The notes under the pieces: model-generated | What the model was told of the DNA's origin: nothing | Seen by the model: the letters and a program-made list of their open reading frames with translations, nothing else | The model's database searches: none | IMG/VR virus record: IMGVR_UViG_3300016672_000064 | DNA from: a virus | DNA length: 43,316 nucleotides | Strand: one strand, 5' to 3' | Part shown: in pieces, positions 33,020 to 41,446 of the stretch | Layout of the letters: every line of letters starts with the position of its first letter | Numbering within the stretch: position 1 is the stretch's first letter | Made by a program: the position numbers and the translations under genes

Positions 33020-33036
33020 GCCGCCGCGCCCCAACC

Positions 33037-33062
33037 AAGCCCGCCCGCGTGCGGGCTTTTTC
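33037..33062 (+). terminator. Rho-independent terminator of the repressor operon
   Basis: AAGCCCGC-ccgcgt-GCGGGCTT followed by TTT(CG). Confidence 0.8.
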
Positions 33063-33092
33063 GCGTTTGCATTGTAAAGTTGTGTAAAGACA

Positions 33093-33144
33093 ACCCGTAA
33101 AAGGGTAGATTGTTCTTGCTTGCCTACCCGTTAAAGGGCAATAT
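33093..33144 (+). promoter_or_regulatory. OL-like region: operators O3 (33093-33107) and O4 (33125-33140) with rightward promoter TTGCTT-17-CAATAT
   Basis: O3 is ACCCGTAAAAGGGTA and O4 is TACCCGTTAAAGGGCA. -35 at 33116-33121 and -10 at 33139-33144. Confidence 0.6.
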
Positions 33145-33194
33145 TCACCCCGTCGCAACCCGATCCCGGGTAGCAAATTGATGAGGTGAAGACG

Positions 33195-33347
33195 ATGAGC
33201 AAGACGACCGCAAACGCATACGCCCTGATGGGCTACGTGGTGACCACCAAAGAGCAGGCCCGCACGGTTTTGATGGTCGCGAAGCTCAAGGGCGCCGACC
33301 ACGTGGTGCGCCAAGCCCTGCGCCTGATCGAGATTCTGCCTGCTTGA
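33195..33347 (+). CDS. Small (50 aa) ribbon-helix-helix-like protein, first gene of the rightward early operon
   Basis: Not in the ORF track (<60 aa). SD GAGGTGA 6 nt upstream. Sequence: MSKTTANAYALMGYVVTTKEQARTVLMVAKLKGADHVVRQALRLIEILPA. Confidence 0.5.
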   Translation: MSKTTANAYALMGYVVTTKEQARTVLMVAKLKGADHVVRQALRLIEILPA

Positions 33348-33365
33348 CCAGTGGAGCACACCACC

Positions 33366-33812
33366 ATGCTGCTCACTGCCCTGACCGACGAGGAGTTCCT
33401 GCGCCACGCGCAGGCCCAGCACGACACCCTGCTGGCCTCGGCCATCGAAACCGAACTGCTGCGCCGCTTTGCCAGCCTGATCGACCGCGCCGAAGTCGGC
33501 GACGAACTGGCCGACGTGTGCGGTGACCACGGCCTTGACGCCAGCCGCGCCGACCTGGAGGCCCGGCTTGAACAGCCCGGCGAGTGGGCAGACAAGAAGG
33601 TGGGCGAGCTCACCGACCTGCTCGACGAGCTCGAAATCAAGGACCACGACACCCTGCGCCGCGTCGACGCGGTGTTCAACGTGGCCATGGAGCACGACCT
33701 CGACACCCCCGAAGCCCTCAAGAAAGAGCTGGAGCGCATCCGCCGCTTCGACTCCCTCATGAACGACCTGACCCAACCCCTCAAAGACCTGGCCGAACTG
33801 GCCCCCAACTGA
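33366..33812 (+). CDS. Highly acidic early protein (148 aa)
   Basis: ATG at 33366 with GGAG upstream (the track GTG at 33351 is also possible). By my count 36 D/E versus 17 K/R. Confidence 0.6.
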   Translation: MLLTALTDEEFLRHAQAQHDTLLASAIETELLRRFASLIDRAEVGDELADVCGDHGLDASRADLEARLEQPGEWADKKVGELTDLLDELEIKDHDTLRRVDAVFNVAMEHDLDTPEALKKELERIRRFDSLMNDLTQPLKDLAELAPN

Positions 33813-33829
33813 ACAGGAGAACCGCCCCA

Positions 33830-34369
33830 ATGTTCCCGACCACCATCACCATCAACAACATCAGCGACCTGCAGAAGGTCATGAGCGTGCTCTGCCCGAC
33901 CACGGGCGTCATCGAGATCGCTGACAAGACTCGCGACATCAACCACACCGCGACCGGCGCCACCGTCGACCTGCAATCCGTCAACCTGCAATCCGTCGTC
34001 AACAAGGCCGAGGCCAAGGTGGCCGCGGGAAAGTCGCAGACCACGTCTGCCGCGACACAGGCGGACGCTGCCCGTTCGCGGCCTACTGCCGAGGCGGCTG
34101 CGGAGACCGCTGCGCCCGAGAAGACGGCCGCCGCATCCGCCCTAACTGCAGCGTCTGCGGAGACCGCACAGCAGGCCTCGACTGCTGCGACTGACACCCC
34201 TGCCATTGCCTACAAGGACGTGCAGGCCGCGGTGGTGGCCGCTGTCAAGGCCGGCAAGCGCACCAACGTCGTCGACCTGCTCAAGGACTTCGGCGTCGAC
34301 CACGCCGAGAAGCTGACCCCCGAGCAGTGGCCGGGCGCCCTGGCCAAGCTGAAGGGCATGGTGGCCTGA
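33830..34369 (+). CDS. Hypothetical early protein with Ala/Thr-rich low-complexity linker
   Basis: ATG at 33830 with AGGAGA SD. The N-terminal extension in the track (from 33584) overlaps the upstream gene and is rejected. Confidence 0.6.
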   Translation: MFPTTITINNISDLQKVMSVLCPTTGVIEIADKTRDINHTATGATVDLQSVNLQSVVNKAEAKVAAGKSQTTSAATQADAARSRPTAEAAAETAAPEKTAAASALTAASAETAQQASTAATDTPAIAYKDVQAAVVAAVKAGKRTNVVDLLKDFGVDHAEKLTPEQWPGALAKLKGMVA

Positions 34370-34370
34370 C

Positions 34371-35654
34371 ATGGCTGAAACCCACGCCACCCTGTCGCCG
34401 TCTTCGGCTGACCGCTGGATGACGTGCCCGGGCAGCGTGCCGCTGTCCGAGGGCATCGTCGACACCTCCAGCGAGTACGCCGCCGAAGGTTCGGCCGCCC
34501 ACGAGATCGCCGCGCTGTGCCTGACCAGCGGCAGCGACGCCGCTGCCTACGTCGGCCGCATTGTCGAGATCGACGCTCGCGAAATCGAGATCACGGCCGA
34601 CATGGCCGAGCACATCCAGGTCTATGTCGACCACGTGCGCAGCCGCGTCGCCGACTGGCAAGCCTTGGGCGCCACCGTCACGCTCGAAGTCGAGCAGCGT
34701 GTGCCCATTGGCCACCTCACCGGTGAAGACGGCGCCGAAGGCACCGCCGACGCGGTGATCATCGCCGAGCTGCCCGACGTGCGCACCGCCATCGAGGTCA
34801 TCGACCTGAAGTTCGGCCGCGGTGTCGAGGTCGAGGCCACGGACAACCGGCAGCTGCGCCTGTATGCGCTCGGCGCCATCGAGAAGTTCGGCATGGTCTG
34901 GACCTTCACCGAGGCCCGCGTCGCCATCAGCCAGCCGCGCCTGTCGATCAAGCCCGCCGAGTGGGAGGTCAGCATCGAAGACCTCGAACGCTTCGGCCAG
35001 GACGTCAAGCGCGCCGCCAGCTCGGTGGCCGAGGCCCGCATCTGCTTTGCCAACAAGTCGCCCGACTTCGACCTGTTCCTGCAGCCCTCCGAGAAGGCAT
35101 GCAAGTGGTGCAAGGTCAAAGGCACCTGCGGCAAGCTGGCCCAGCACGTCACCGCGACCGTGCTTGACGACTTCGAAGACCTGACCCAGGCCGGTGTCGA
35201 GCAGGCGATCAAGGACGTGCCCGCACGCTCCGACGACAACCTGGCCAACGCCATGGAGTGCGTCGACCTGATCGAAGACTGGTGCAAGGCGGTGCGCGCG
35301 GACGTCGAGCGCCGCCTGCTGGCCGGCGGCCAGGTGCCGGGCTTCAAGCTGGTCGAAGGCCGCGCAGGCGCACGCAAGTGGGCCGACGAGGCGCAGGCCG
35401 AGGCGGTGCTCAAGTCCATGCGCCTCAAGCAGGAAGCCATGTATGACTTCAAGCTCATCAGCCCGACCCAGGCCGAGAAGTTGGCCAAGGCCGAGACCAT
35501 CGGCCCGCGCCAGTGGCCCAAGGTCGAGGCCCTGATCACGCGCAGCGCGCCCAAGCCCAGCGTGGCGCCGGCCAGCGACAAGCGCCCCGCGCTGGTCATC
35601 AAGCCGGTTCACGAGGAGTTCCCCAACCTCGAAGAAGCGGGGGACCTCGCATGA
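34371..35654 (+). CDS. PD-(D/E)XK nuclease, DUF2800 (Cas4-like) family
   Basis: N-terminus ATLSPSSADRWMTCPGS, ..DLKFGRGVEVEA..NRQLRLYA, and C-terminal Cys cluster CKWCKVKGTC. Confidence 0.8.
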   Translation: MAETHATLSPSSADRWMTCPGSVPLSEGIVDTSSEYAAEGSAAHEIAALCLTSGSDAAAYVGRIVEIDAREIEITADMAEHIQVYVDHVRSRVADWQALGATVTLEVEQRVPIGHLTGEDGAEGTADAVIIAELPDVRTAIEVIDLKFGRGVEVEATDNRQLRLYALGAIEKFGMVWTFTEARVAISQPRLSIKPAEWEVSIEDLERFGQDVKRAASSVAEARICFANKSPDFDLFLQPSEKACKWCKVKGTCGKLAQHVTATVLDDFEDLTQAGVEQAIKDVPARSDDNLANAMECVDLIEDWCKAVRADVERRLLAGGQVPGFKLVEGRAGARKWADEAQAEAVLKSMRLKQEAMYDFKLISPTQAEKLAKAETIGPRQWPKVEALITRSAPKPSVAPASDKRPALVIKPVHEEFPNLEEAGDLA

Positions 35655-35863
35655 ACTACCACAGCACGGCAGGCGTCAGTGAGCTCCCCCGCGAGCCCAA
35701 GCCCTGCGACTTCTTTCCCCCGATGGTCCGCGACGCCTTGATCGCCGCATCGCAGACCCCCATCCATCCGACCCTCAACCCCCTGGCCCGCCAGGTTGCG
35801 ATCGACAAGGCGATCCAAGAAGCTCGCCGCCACTTCCCTGAACGCTTTCACCCGGAGAACTGA
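35651..35863 (+). CDS. Hypothetical protein (70 aa)
   Basis: ATGA-coupled to the nuclease gene. No motif recognised. Confidence 0.5.
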   Translation: MNYHSTAGVSELPREPKPCDFFPPMVRDALIAASQTPIHPTLNPLARQVAIDKAIQEARRHFPERFHPEN

Positions 35864-35867
35864 AACC

Positions 35868-36458
35868 ATGGCCGACATCCTCATCAAGAACGTGCGTCTG
35901 TCCTTCCCCACCTTGGGCGAGCCCAAGGAATTCACGGCGGGCGACGGCAAACCCCGCTGGTCTTCCACCTTCCTGGTCGAACCCGGCAGCGAAGCCGACC
36001 AGAAGATCCGCGCAGCCATCGAAGAAGCCGCCAAGGAAGAATGGCCGAAGGACTGGCAACAAAAGCTCAAGGCCCTGGCCGGCCAGAAAAACCAGTACTG
36101 CTACCTGGACGGCGACACCAAGAGCTTCGACGGCTACGCCGGCATGTGGGCCCTGGCTTCGCACCGTGCGGCCAAGACCAAGAACGGCGCCAACACCCCG
36201 CCGCTCATCGTCGACAAGGATCCCAAGGTCTCGCTGCGTGACGAGCGTACCGGCGAGCTCATCGGCGGCAAGCCCTATGCCGGGTGCTACGTCAACGCCA
36301 AGGTGTCGATCTACGCGCAATCGGGCGCCAATCCTGGCATTCGCTCCAGCTTCAGCGTGATCCAGTTTGCCGCCGATGGCGACGCCTTCAGCAGCTCGAC
36401 CCCGACCGCCGACGACCTGGAAGACCTCAGCGTCGCCGACGAGGTCGACATCGCCTGA
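35868..36458 (+). CDS. ssDNA-binding protein, DUF2815 (T7 gp2.5-like)
   Basis: MADILIKNVRLSFPTLGEPK and an acidic C-terminal tail DDLEDLSVADEVDIA. Canonical partner of DUF2800 and PolA. Confidence 0.75.
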   Translation: MADILIKNVRLSFPTLGEPKEFTAGDGKPRWSSTFLVEPGSEADQKIRAAIEEAAKEEWPKDWQQKLKALAGQKNQYCYLDGDTKSFDGYAGMWALASHRAAKTKNGANTPPLIVDKDPKVSLRDERTGELIGGKPYAGCYVNAKVSIYAQSGANPGIRSSFSVIQFAADGDAFSSSTPTADDLEDLSVADEVDIA

Positions 36459-36616
36459 TTACCAACGCGGGGCGACCACCTTACCCGGCCCCGCCTGGGT
36501 CGGACACAGCCCCCGCTTGCTACCTGGCCACGCCCGCACTGCTTTCAACCGTGGCCAGTGAGTTTGCACAAACCGCGCTCGCTTAATCCATCAAGCGGAA
36601 AGCGGGGGAACAGGCG

Positions 36617-36642
36617 CCCCGGGCTTCGGCCCGGGGGTTTTT
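36617..36642 (+). terminator. Rho-independent terminator after the SSB gene
   Basis: CCCCGGGC-TTCG-GCCCGGGG then GTTTTT. Confidence 0.75.
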
Positions 36643-36708
36643 GAATCGACACCCCGGTGCGACCGAACGGTCGGCCTCGCAACCCGGCCGGGGGTGTCGA
36701 TTCAAAAA
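36638..36708. repeat. 18-bp perfect inverted repeat (arms 36638-36655 / 36691-36708) enclosing a second palindrome
   Basis: TTTTTGAATCGACACCCC ... GGGGTGTCGATTCAAAAA. The inner palindrome CGACCGAACGGTCG lies at 36660-36673. Confidence 0.9.
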
Positions 36709-36725
36709 CCCAGCACATCGACACC

Positions 36726-38819
36726 ATGCCTAAACTGTTCATCGACACCGAAACCTTCAGCCCCGTGCCCATCAAGGCCGGCGTGCACCGCTATGCGGAG
36801 GAGGTCGAGGTCATGCTGTTCGCCTGGGCCCTGGACGACGGGCCGGTGCAGGTGTGGGATGTGACCCGGGACGTGAGCCCCGCCGCCGAGCTTTGGGACG
36901 CGTTGTTCGATGACGCCACGGAGGTGTGGGCCCACAACAGCCATTTCGACCGCACGGTGCTGCGCCACGCATTGCGCGATCTTTGCCCGCCGCTGCACCG
37001 CTGGCGCGACACCATGGTCCAAGCCTACGCCCACAGCCTGCCCGGCTCGCTCGACATGCTGTGCCAGGTGCTCGGCGTCGCGCAGGACAAGGCCAAGGAC
37101 AAAGAGGGCAAGGCCCTGGTGCGCATGTTCTGCATGCCCGACTCCAAGGGCCAGCGCAACACCCGCGAGACCCACCCCGAGCAGTGGGCCAAGTTCATCA
37201 CCTACGCCGGCCAGGACATCGTCGCCATGCGCGAATGCCACCGGATCATGCCGAAGTGGAACTACCCGAACAACGCCGACGAGGTTGCACTCTGGCACCT
37301 TGACCAGCGCATCAACGACCGGGGCGTGGCCATCGACACCGACCTGGCCGAGGCCGCCGTGCGCGCGGTCAACCTGGCCCAGGCCAAGCTGGCGCAGCAG
37401 ACCGTCGACATGACAGGCGGACAGGTGCAGACCGCCACCCAGCGCGACGCCATGCTGGCCCACATCCTCGAAGCCTATGGCGTGGCCCTGCCCAACCTGC
37501 AGGCCAGCACCCTGGAGCGCCGCATCGCCGACCCGGATCTGCCTGAGCCGCTGCGCGAGCTGCTGGCCGTGCGCCTGCAAGCCAGCACCACCAGCACGTC
37601 GAAGTACCAGACCCTGATCCGCTCGACCAGCAGCGACGGGCGCCTGCGCGGCCTGCTGCAATTCAATGGTGCCGCTCGCACCGGCCGCTGGGCCGGCCGC
37701 TTGTTCCAACCCCAGAATTTACCGCGCCCAACCATGAAGGACGCCGCGATCGAGCTGGGCATCGAAGCGCTCAAGGCCGACGCCGCCGACCTGGTGTTCG
37801 ACAACGTCATGGCCTTGACCAGCAACACGATCCGGGGCTGCATCATCGCCCCGCCGGGCAAGAAGCTGGTGGTGGCCGACCTGTCCAACATCGAAGGCCG
37901 CGACCAGGCGTGGCTCGCCGGCGAGCAGTGGAAGCTCCAAGCCTTCTGCGACTTCGACGCAGGCACCGGCCACGATCTGTACGCCTTGGCTTACGCCAAG
38001 TCCTTCGGCGTCACGCCCGAGGAGGTCATGGCCAACAAGAAGACCGGCGACGGCTCCATGCGCCAGATCGGCAAGGTGCAGGAACTGGCCCTCGGGTACG
38101 AGGGCGGGGTCGGCGCGTTCGTCACTTTCGCCGCGGCCTACGGCATCGACCTCGAAGACCTGCCGACCAAGGTGCTGCCCGCAGCGGACACCGAACTGGT
38201 GGCCGAGGCCCGCGACTTTCTGGGCTGGCTGGTCGGCCAGAAGGGCCAAACCTTCGGCCTGTCCGACGATGCGTTCGTGGCCTGCGACGTGCTCAAACGC
38301 GCATGGCGCCGCGCCCACCCGGCTATCGCCAGCATGTGGCGCGACCTGCGCGACGCAGCGGTCAACGCCATCGAGTCGCCGGGCAAGACCTTTCAGGTGC
38401 GCATGCTCAAGCTGCGCCGCGACGGCAACTGGCTGCGCATCGTGCTGCCCAGCGGCCGGGCCCTGTGCTACCCCTCGCCCCGCGTCGACGAGGTCAACGG
38501 CAAGGACACCGTGACCTACATGGGCATCGACCAGTACACCCGCAAATGGTCGCGCCTCAAGACCTACGGGGGCAAGCTGTTCGAGAACGTGTGTCAAGCC
38601 GTGGCCCGCGATGTCATGGGCCACAACATGCCCGCCATCGAGGCCGCCAGCTACGAGATCGTGCTCACCGTGCACGACGAAGTGATCACCGAGGCGCAGG
38701 ACCGCGACGAGTTCAACGCCGAGCACCTGGCCAGCCTGCTGGCCGCAAACCCGCCCTGGGCCCCCGACATGCCGCTGGCGGCCGCGGGCTTCGAGACCTA
38801 CCGCTATAAGAAGGACTGA
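36726..38819 (+). CDS. Family A DNA polymerase with 3'-5' exonuclease domain
   Basis: Exo motifs FIDTETFS, HNSHFDRTVL and YAGQDIVA. Pol motifs VVADLSNIEGR, RQIGKVQELALGYEGG and LTVHDEV. ATG at 36726. Confidence 0.9.
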   Translation: MPKLFIDTETFSPVPIKAGVHRYAEEVEVMLFAWALDDGPVQVWDVTRDVSPAAELWDALFDDATEVWAHNSHFDRTVLRHALRDLCPPLHRWRDTMVQAYAHSLPGSLDMLCQVLGVAQDKAKDKEGKALVRMFCMPDSKGQRNTRETHPEQWAKFITYAGQDIVAMRECHRIMPKWNYPNNADEVALWHLDQRINDRGVAIDTDLAEAAVRAVNLAQAKLAQQTVDMTGGQVQTATQRDAMLAHILEAYGVALPNLQASTLERRIADPDLPEPLRELLAVRLQASTTSTSKYQTLIRSTSSDGRLRGLLQFNGAARTGRWAGRLFQPQNLPRPTMKDAAIELGIEALKADAADLVFDNVMALTSNTIRGCIIAPPGKKLVVADLSNIEGRDQAWLAGEQWKLQAFCDFDAGTGHDLYALAYAKSFGVTPEEVMANKKTGDGSMRQIGKVQELALGYEGGVGAFVTFAAAYGIDLEDLPTKVLPAADTELVAEARDFLGWLVGQKGQTFGLSDDAFVACDVLKRAWRRAHPAIASMWRDLRDAAVNAIESPGKTFQVRMLKLRRDGNWLRIVLPSGRALCYPSPRVDEVNGKDTVTYMGIDQYTRKWSRLKTYGGKLFENVCQAVARDVMGHNMPAIEAASYEIVLTVHDEVITEAQDRDEFNAEHLASLLAANPPWAPDMPLAAAGFETYRYKKD

Positions 38820-38824
38820 CCACC

Positions 38825-38929
38825 ATGCTGCGCATCTGCATCTTCGCCAAGCTGTTCGCGCTCTACCGGCGCGCAGGCTGGAACCTCATCAACGCCACGC
38901 GCCAAGCCTGGAGGACATCAGCATGGTGA
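38825..38929 (+). CDS. Possible 34-aa ORF
   Basis: ATG 5 nt after the polA stop. Weak support only. Confidence 0.25.
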   Translation: MLRICIFAKLFALYRRAGWNLINATRQAWRTSAW

Positions 38930-39012
38930 CCGCCGGCGTCGTGATCTGGTTGACCCTCGTGCTGATCGTGGCCCGGTGCATGGGCATCAATGGAAAGGAC
39001 AAAGACGAATGA
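38923..39012 (+). CDS. Possible 29-aa single-TM peptide
   Basis: GGAGG 8 nt upstream. MVTAGVVIWLTLVLIVARCMGINGKDKDE. ATGA-coupled to the next gene. Confidence 0.35.
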   Translation: MVTAGVVIWLTLVLIVARCMGINGKDKDE

Positions 39013-39461
39013 CCACCACCGCAATGCCTGAGTTGCCTGAGCCTGAGCTTGGCTACATCGAGACAGACAAGAGCCGCCAGCCCGCGTTTTCTGCGCGGCA
39101 GATGCGTGCAGCAATGCAAGCGCAACCGGCAGCGGTGTCGGATGCTGAGATTGACGCGGTGACGCTTGAGCAATGGGGGCAGGACGCCATCCGCGCCGCT
39201 CATCGCCAATATGCCCGCACCATCCTCGCCCTGCGCCCGCAGGCGGTGCCGATGACGGAGGACGCCGCACGGCTCGACTGGATGGCGAGCCGCAGCGCCC
39301 ACATCGGGTGGGACCGCGACGGTGACTTTTGTCGGGTGTGGGCGATCGAAGACGAGGAGATCGGGCAAGCGCCGATCACCGGATGGCACGACAGTGCACG
39401 AGATGCCATTGACGCCGCCCGAGGCATCACCGCCCCTGCCGGTGGGGAGAAGCAAGCATGA
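39009..39461 (+). CDS. Hypothetical protein (150 aa)
   Basis: Start at MTTTAMPELPEPEL (ATGA coupling). No motif recognised. Confidence 0.55.
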   Translation: MTTTAMPELPEPELGYIETDKSRQPAFSARQMRAAMQAQPAAVSDAEIDAVTLEQWGQDAIRAAHRQYARTILALRPQAVPMTEDAARLDWMASRSAHIGWDRDGDFCRVWAIEDEEIGQAPITGWHDSARDAIDAARGITAPAGGEKQA

Positions 39462-39874
39462 CGAACGAATCAGAACTGCGCTGCCCGTCGTGCGGCAGCA
39501 ATCGAGTCACGGTGACCGAGGAAACAAAGTGGATGGTCAACACCATGGAGCACTGGTGCCACAGCGTTAAAGCCCACGACGCAGACGCGACGGCTGATTG
39601 CTTGGCTTGCCGCTGGCAGGGCATCCGGGCACAACTGACCGCCGCCCCTCAAGCCCCAGCCGCTGCGCTGGATGCGGGGGTGGTGCGGGATGCGGTGTTG
39701 GCAGAGCGTGAGCGCCTGATTCAGCTTGTCATTGGCCGAGCCCAAAGCCACAACGGTCCGCACTTGCTGACCTTGGAACTGAACCAACTGGCAGCGTGGA
39801 TGGCGGGCAAGGATTGGCACGGCGTGCCGCCACCAGAAGCCGCCATGTCCGCCCAGGCGGGAGGTGCAGCGTGA
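39458..39874 (+). CDS. Zinc-ribbon protein (CxxC ... CxxC)
   Basis: RCPSCGSNRV ... DCLACRW. ATGA coupling and a GGGGAGAAG SD. Confidence 0.6.
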   Translation: MTNESELRCPSCGSNRVTVTEETKWMVNTMEHWCHSVKAHDADATADCLACRWQGIRAQLTAAPQAPAAALDAGVVRDAVLAERERLIQLVIGRAQSHNGPHLLTLELNQLAAWMAGKDWHGVPPPEAAMSAQAGGAA

Positions 39875-40104
39875 ACATCGACACCATCAGTCTGACCCGT
39901 AGCGCAAAAGTGCCAACGGCAATCTACACCAGCAGCGCCGAACCGGTTTGCGTTGTGGACAGCATGGCCGAGCGCAAAGACGACGCCGAGGTGGCGCGGC
40001 GAATCAAGGCGTGCTGGAACGCCTGCCGGTTTATCGCTACGGCAGACCTTGAAGACATGGTCGCACGTGACGCCGCCCACCAAGCCACCAAGGAGCCGCG
40101 ATGA
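39871..40104 (+). CDS. Hypothetical protein (77 aa)
   Basis: GTGA coupling. Contains ..RRIKACWNACRFIATADLE.. Confidence 0.45.
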   Translation: MNIDTISLTRSAKVPTAIYTSSAEPVCVVDSMAERKDDAEVARRIKACWNACRFIATADLEDMVARDAAHQATKEPR

Positions 40105-40337
40105 GCCGCATCTTCCGCATGTTCTTCAAGCTGTTCGTATTCAGGCACTTTCTCGGCCAGCGTTTCAGGTGGTATCGGCGCTGGTTCGGTGGCCGATGGG
40201 AGTGCCACTACATCGACATCTGCCACAGCTTCATCTGGCTCGATATGCACCCGGATCGCAAATGGCCTGAATACCGCCAGCCCTGTTCGTTTGGCACACC
40301 AACAATTGAAGACTACCCGCTGAAGGACCACCCATGA
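40101..40337 (+). CDS. Trp/Arg/Phe-rich Cys/His protein (78 aa)
   Basis: AAGGAG SD and ATGA coupling. Visibly lower GC than the genome. Confidence 0.55.
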   Translation: MSRIFRMFFKLFVFRHFLGQRFRWYRRWFGGRWECHYIDICHSFIWLDMHPDRKWPEYRQPCSFGTPTIEDYPLKDHP

Positions 40338-41446
40338 CCACAGAACTGACCAAGGCGGCGCAGCAGGCGCTGGAGGCGTTGAGCCTGGCGCTATCCGATG
40401 TTGACCGGAGGGGCAACAGCCCTACCCAACCAGTGCTCCACAAGGCTTACAACAGTCTGCAATCCGCCCTCACCCAGCGCCCCGCAGCGCAGTCAGAAGC
40501 CCAGGCACTGGCGCACAACATGATGCTGTGGCGTGAGGATGCAGTTCACAGCGGTAACGAGTACGTGCCTGTGCATGTTCGCACGCTGGAGAAGGCGATC
40601 GCGCAACTGCGCAACATGCCCGCCCCCCAGCAGGCCACGCCTGAGCCGGTGCCGTTCAGCCACGCAGGGCACTTCTACAACCTCGTCGGACATGCCTTGA
40701 TGGAAGTGAAGCGACCAGATGCGTGCGCTTACAGGCTGCGCTTGATCCTTGACGAACTAGCCGCCCTCATGGGGCAACCCGCCACGCCTGAGCCGGTGGG
40801 GGAGCCGCTTCAAGGCGGGCTTGACAACGACGCACTGCTGAATGCGTGGCGCTCGAAACTGCCAGGCGTCACTCCAACCGATGCGCAGATGACTGCATTC
40901 GCTCTTGGTGTTGAAGTGGGCTTTGCGCATGCGCGCACACTGGAACGGTCCGACTGGAGCCGCGTCCACGAGGCTTTGCAAGCCGCTGGCGTCCACCCTG
41001 GCAGAACAGACGACCACCTTGCGGACGTGATTGCGAAGGCGCTTGCCAACCGCCCCGCGCCTGTCGAGAATGAGCCGGTTGGGGAGCCTGCTTTTTGGGT
41101 GCTGACCAAGCAACTGCAACAGCGCGAAACCACGACACGGGGCTACATGTGGTTCAGCAACCCTCAAAACGACTGTTGGACGCCGGTGTTCACCCGCCCC
41201 GCGCCGGGCGTGCCTGAGGGGCTGCCCGCCGTGCTGACCGACTGGGGCTTTGATGTCCACGGCGATGAAGAAGGGCGCACGTGGCTCACCATTCGCAACC
41301 CAGATGACGACGTTGCACGCATGAGTGTCCCAACTGTTTGGCCGCTGAACGGCAACCAAACGATTGGCGCTGTGGTGCTGCATCAGTTCAGCGCGGCTTT
41401 GAGCGCCGCGCTCGCCGCCGCCCAGGCGAAGGGAGGGGAGAAGTGA
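40334..41446 (+). CDS. Hypothetical modular protein (370 aa) with repeated (A)TPEPVGEP linkers
   Basis: Three linker motifs (ATPEPVPF, ATPEPVGEP, VENEPVGEP) separate segments of about 100 aa. Confidence 0.6.
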   Translation: MTTELTKAAQQALEALSLALSDVDRRGNSPTQPVLHKAYNSLQSALTQRPAAQSEAQALAHNMMLWREDAVHSGNEYVPVHVRTLEKAIAQLRNMPAPQQATPEPVPFSHAGHFYNLVGHALMEVKRPDACAYRLRLILDELAALMGQPATPEPVGEPLQGGLDNDALLNAWRSKLPGVTPTDAQMTAFALGVEVGFAHARTLERSDWSRVHEALQAAGVHPGRTDDHLADVIAKALANRPAPVENEPVGEPAFWVLTKQLQQRETTTRGYMWFSNPQNDCWTPVFTRPAPGVPEGLPAVLTDWGFDVHGDEEGRTWLTIRNPDDDVARMSVPTVWPLNGNQTIGAVVLHQFSAALSAALAAAQAKGGEK

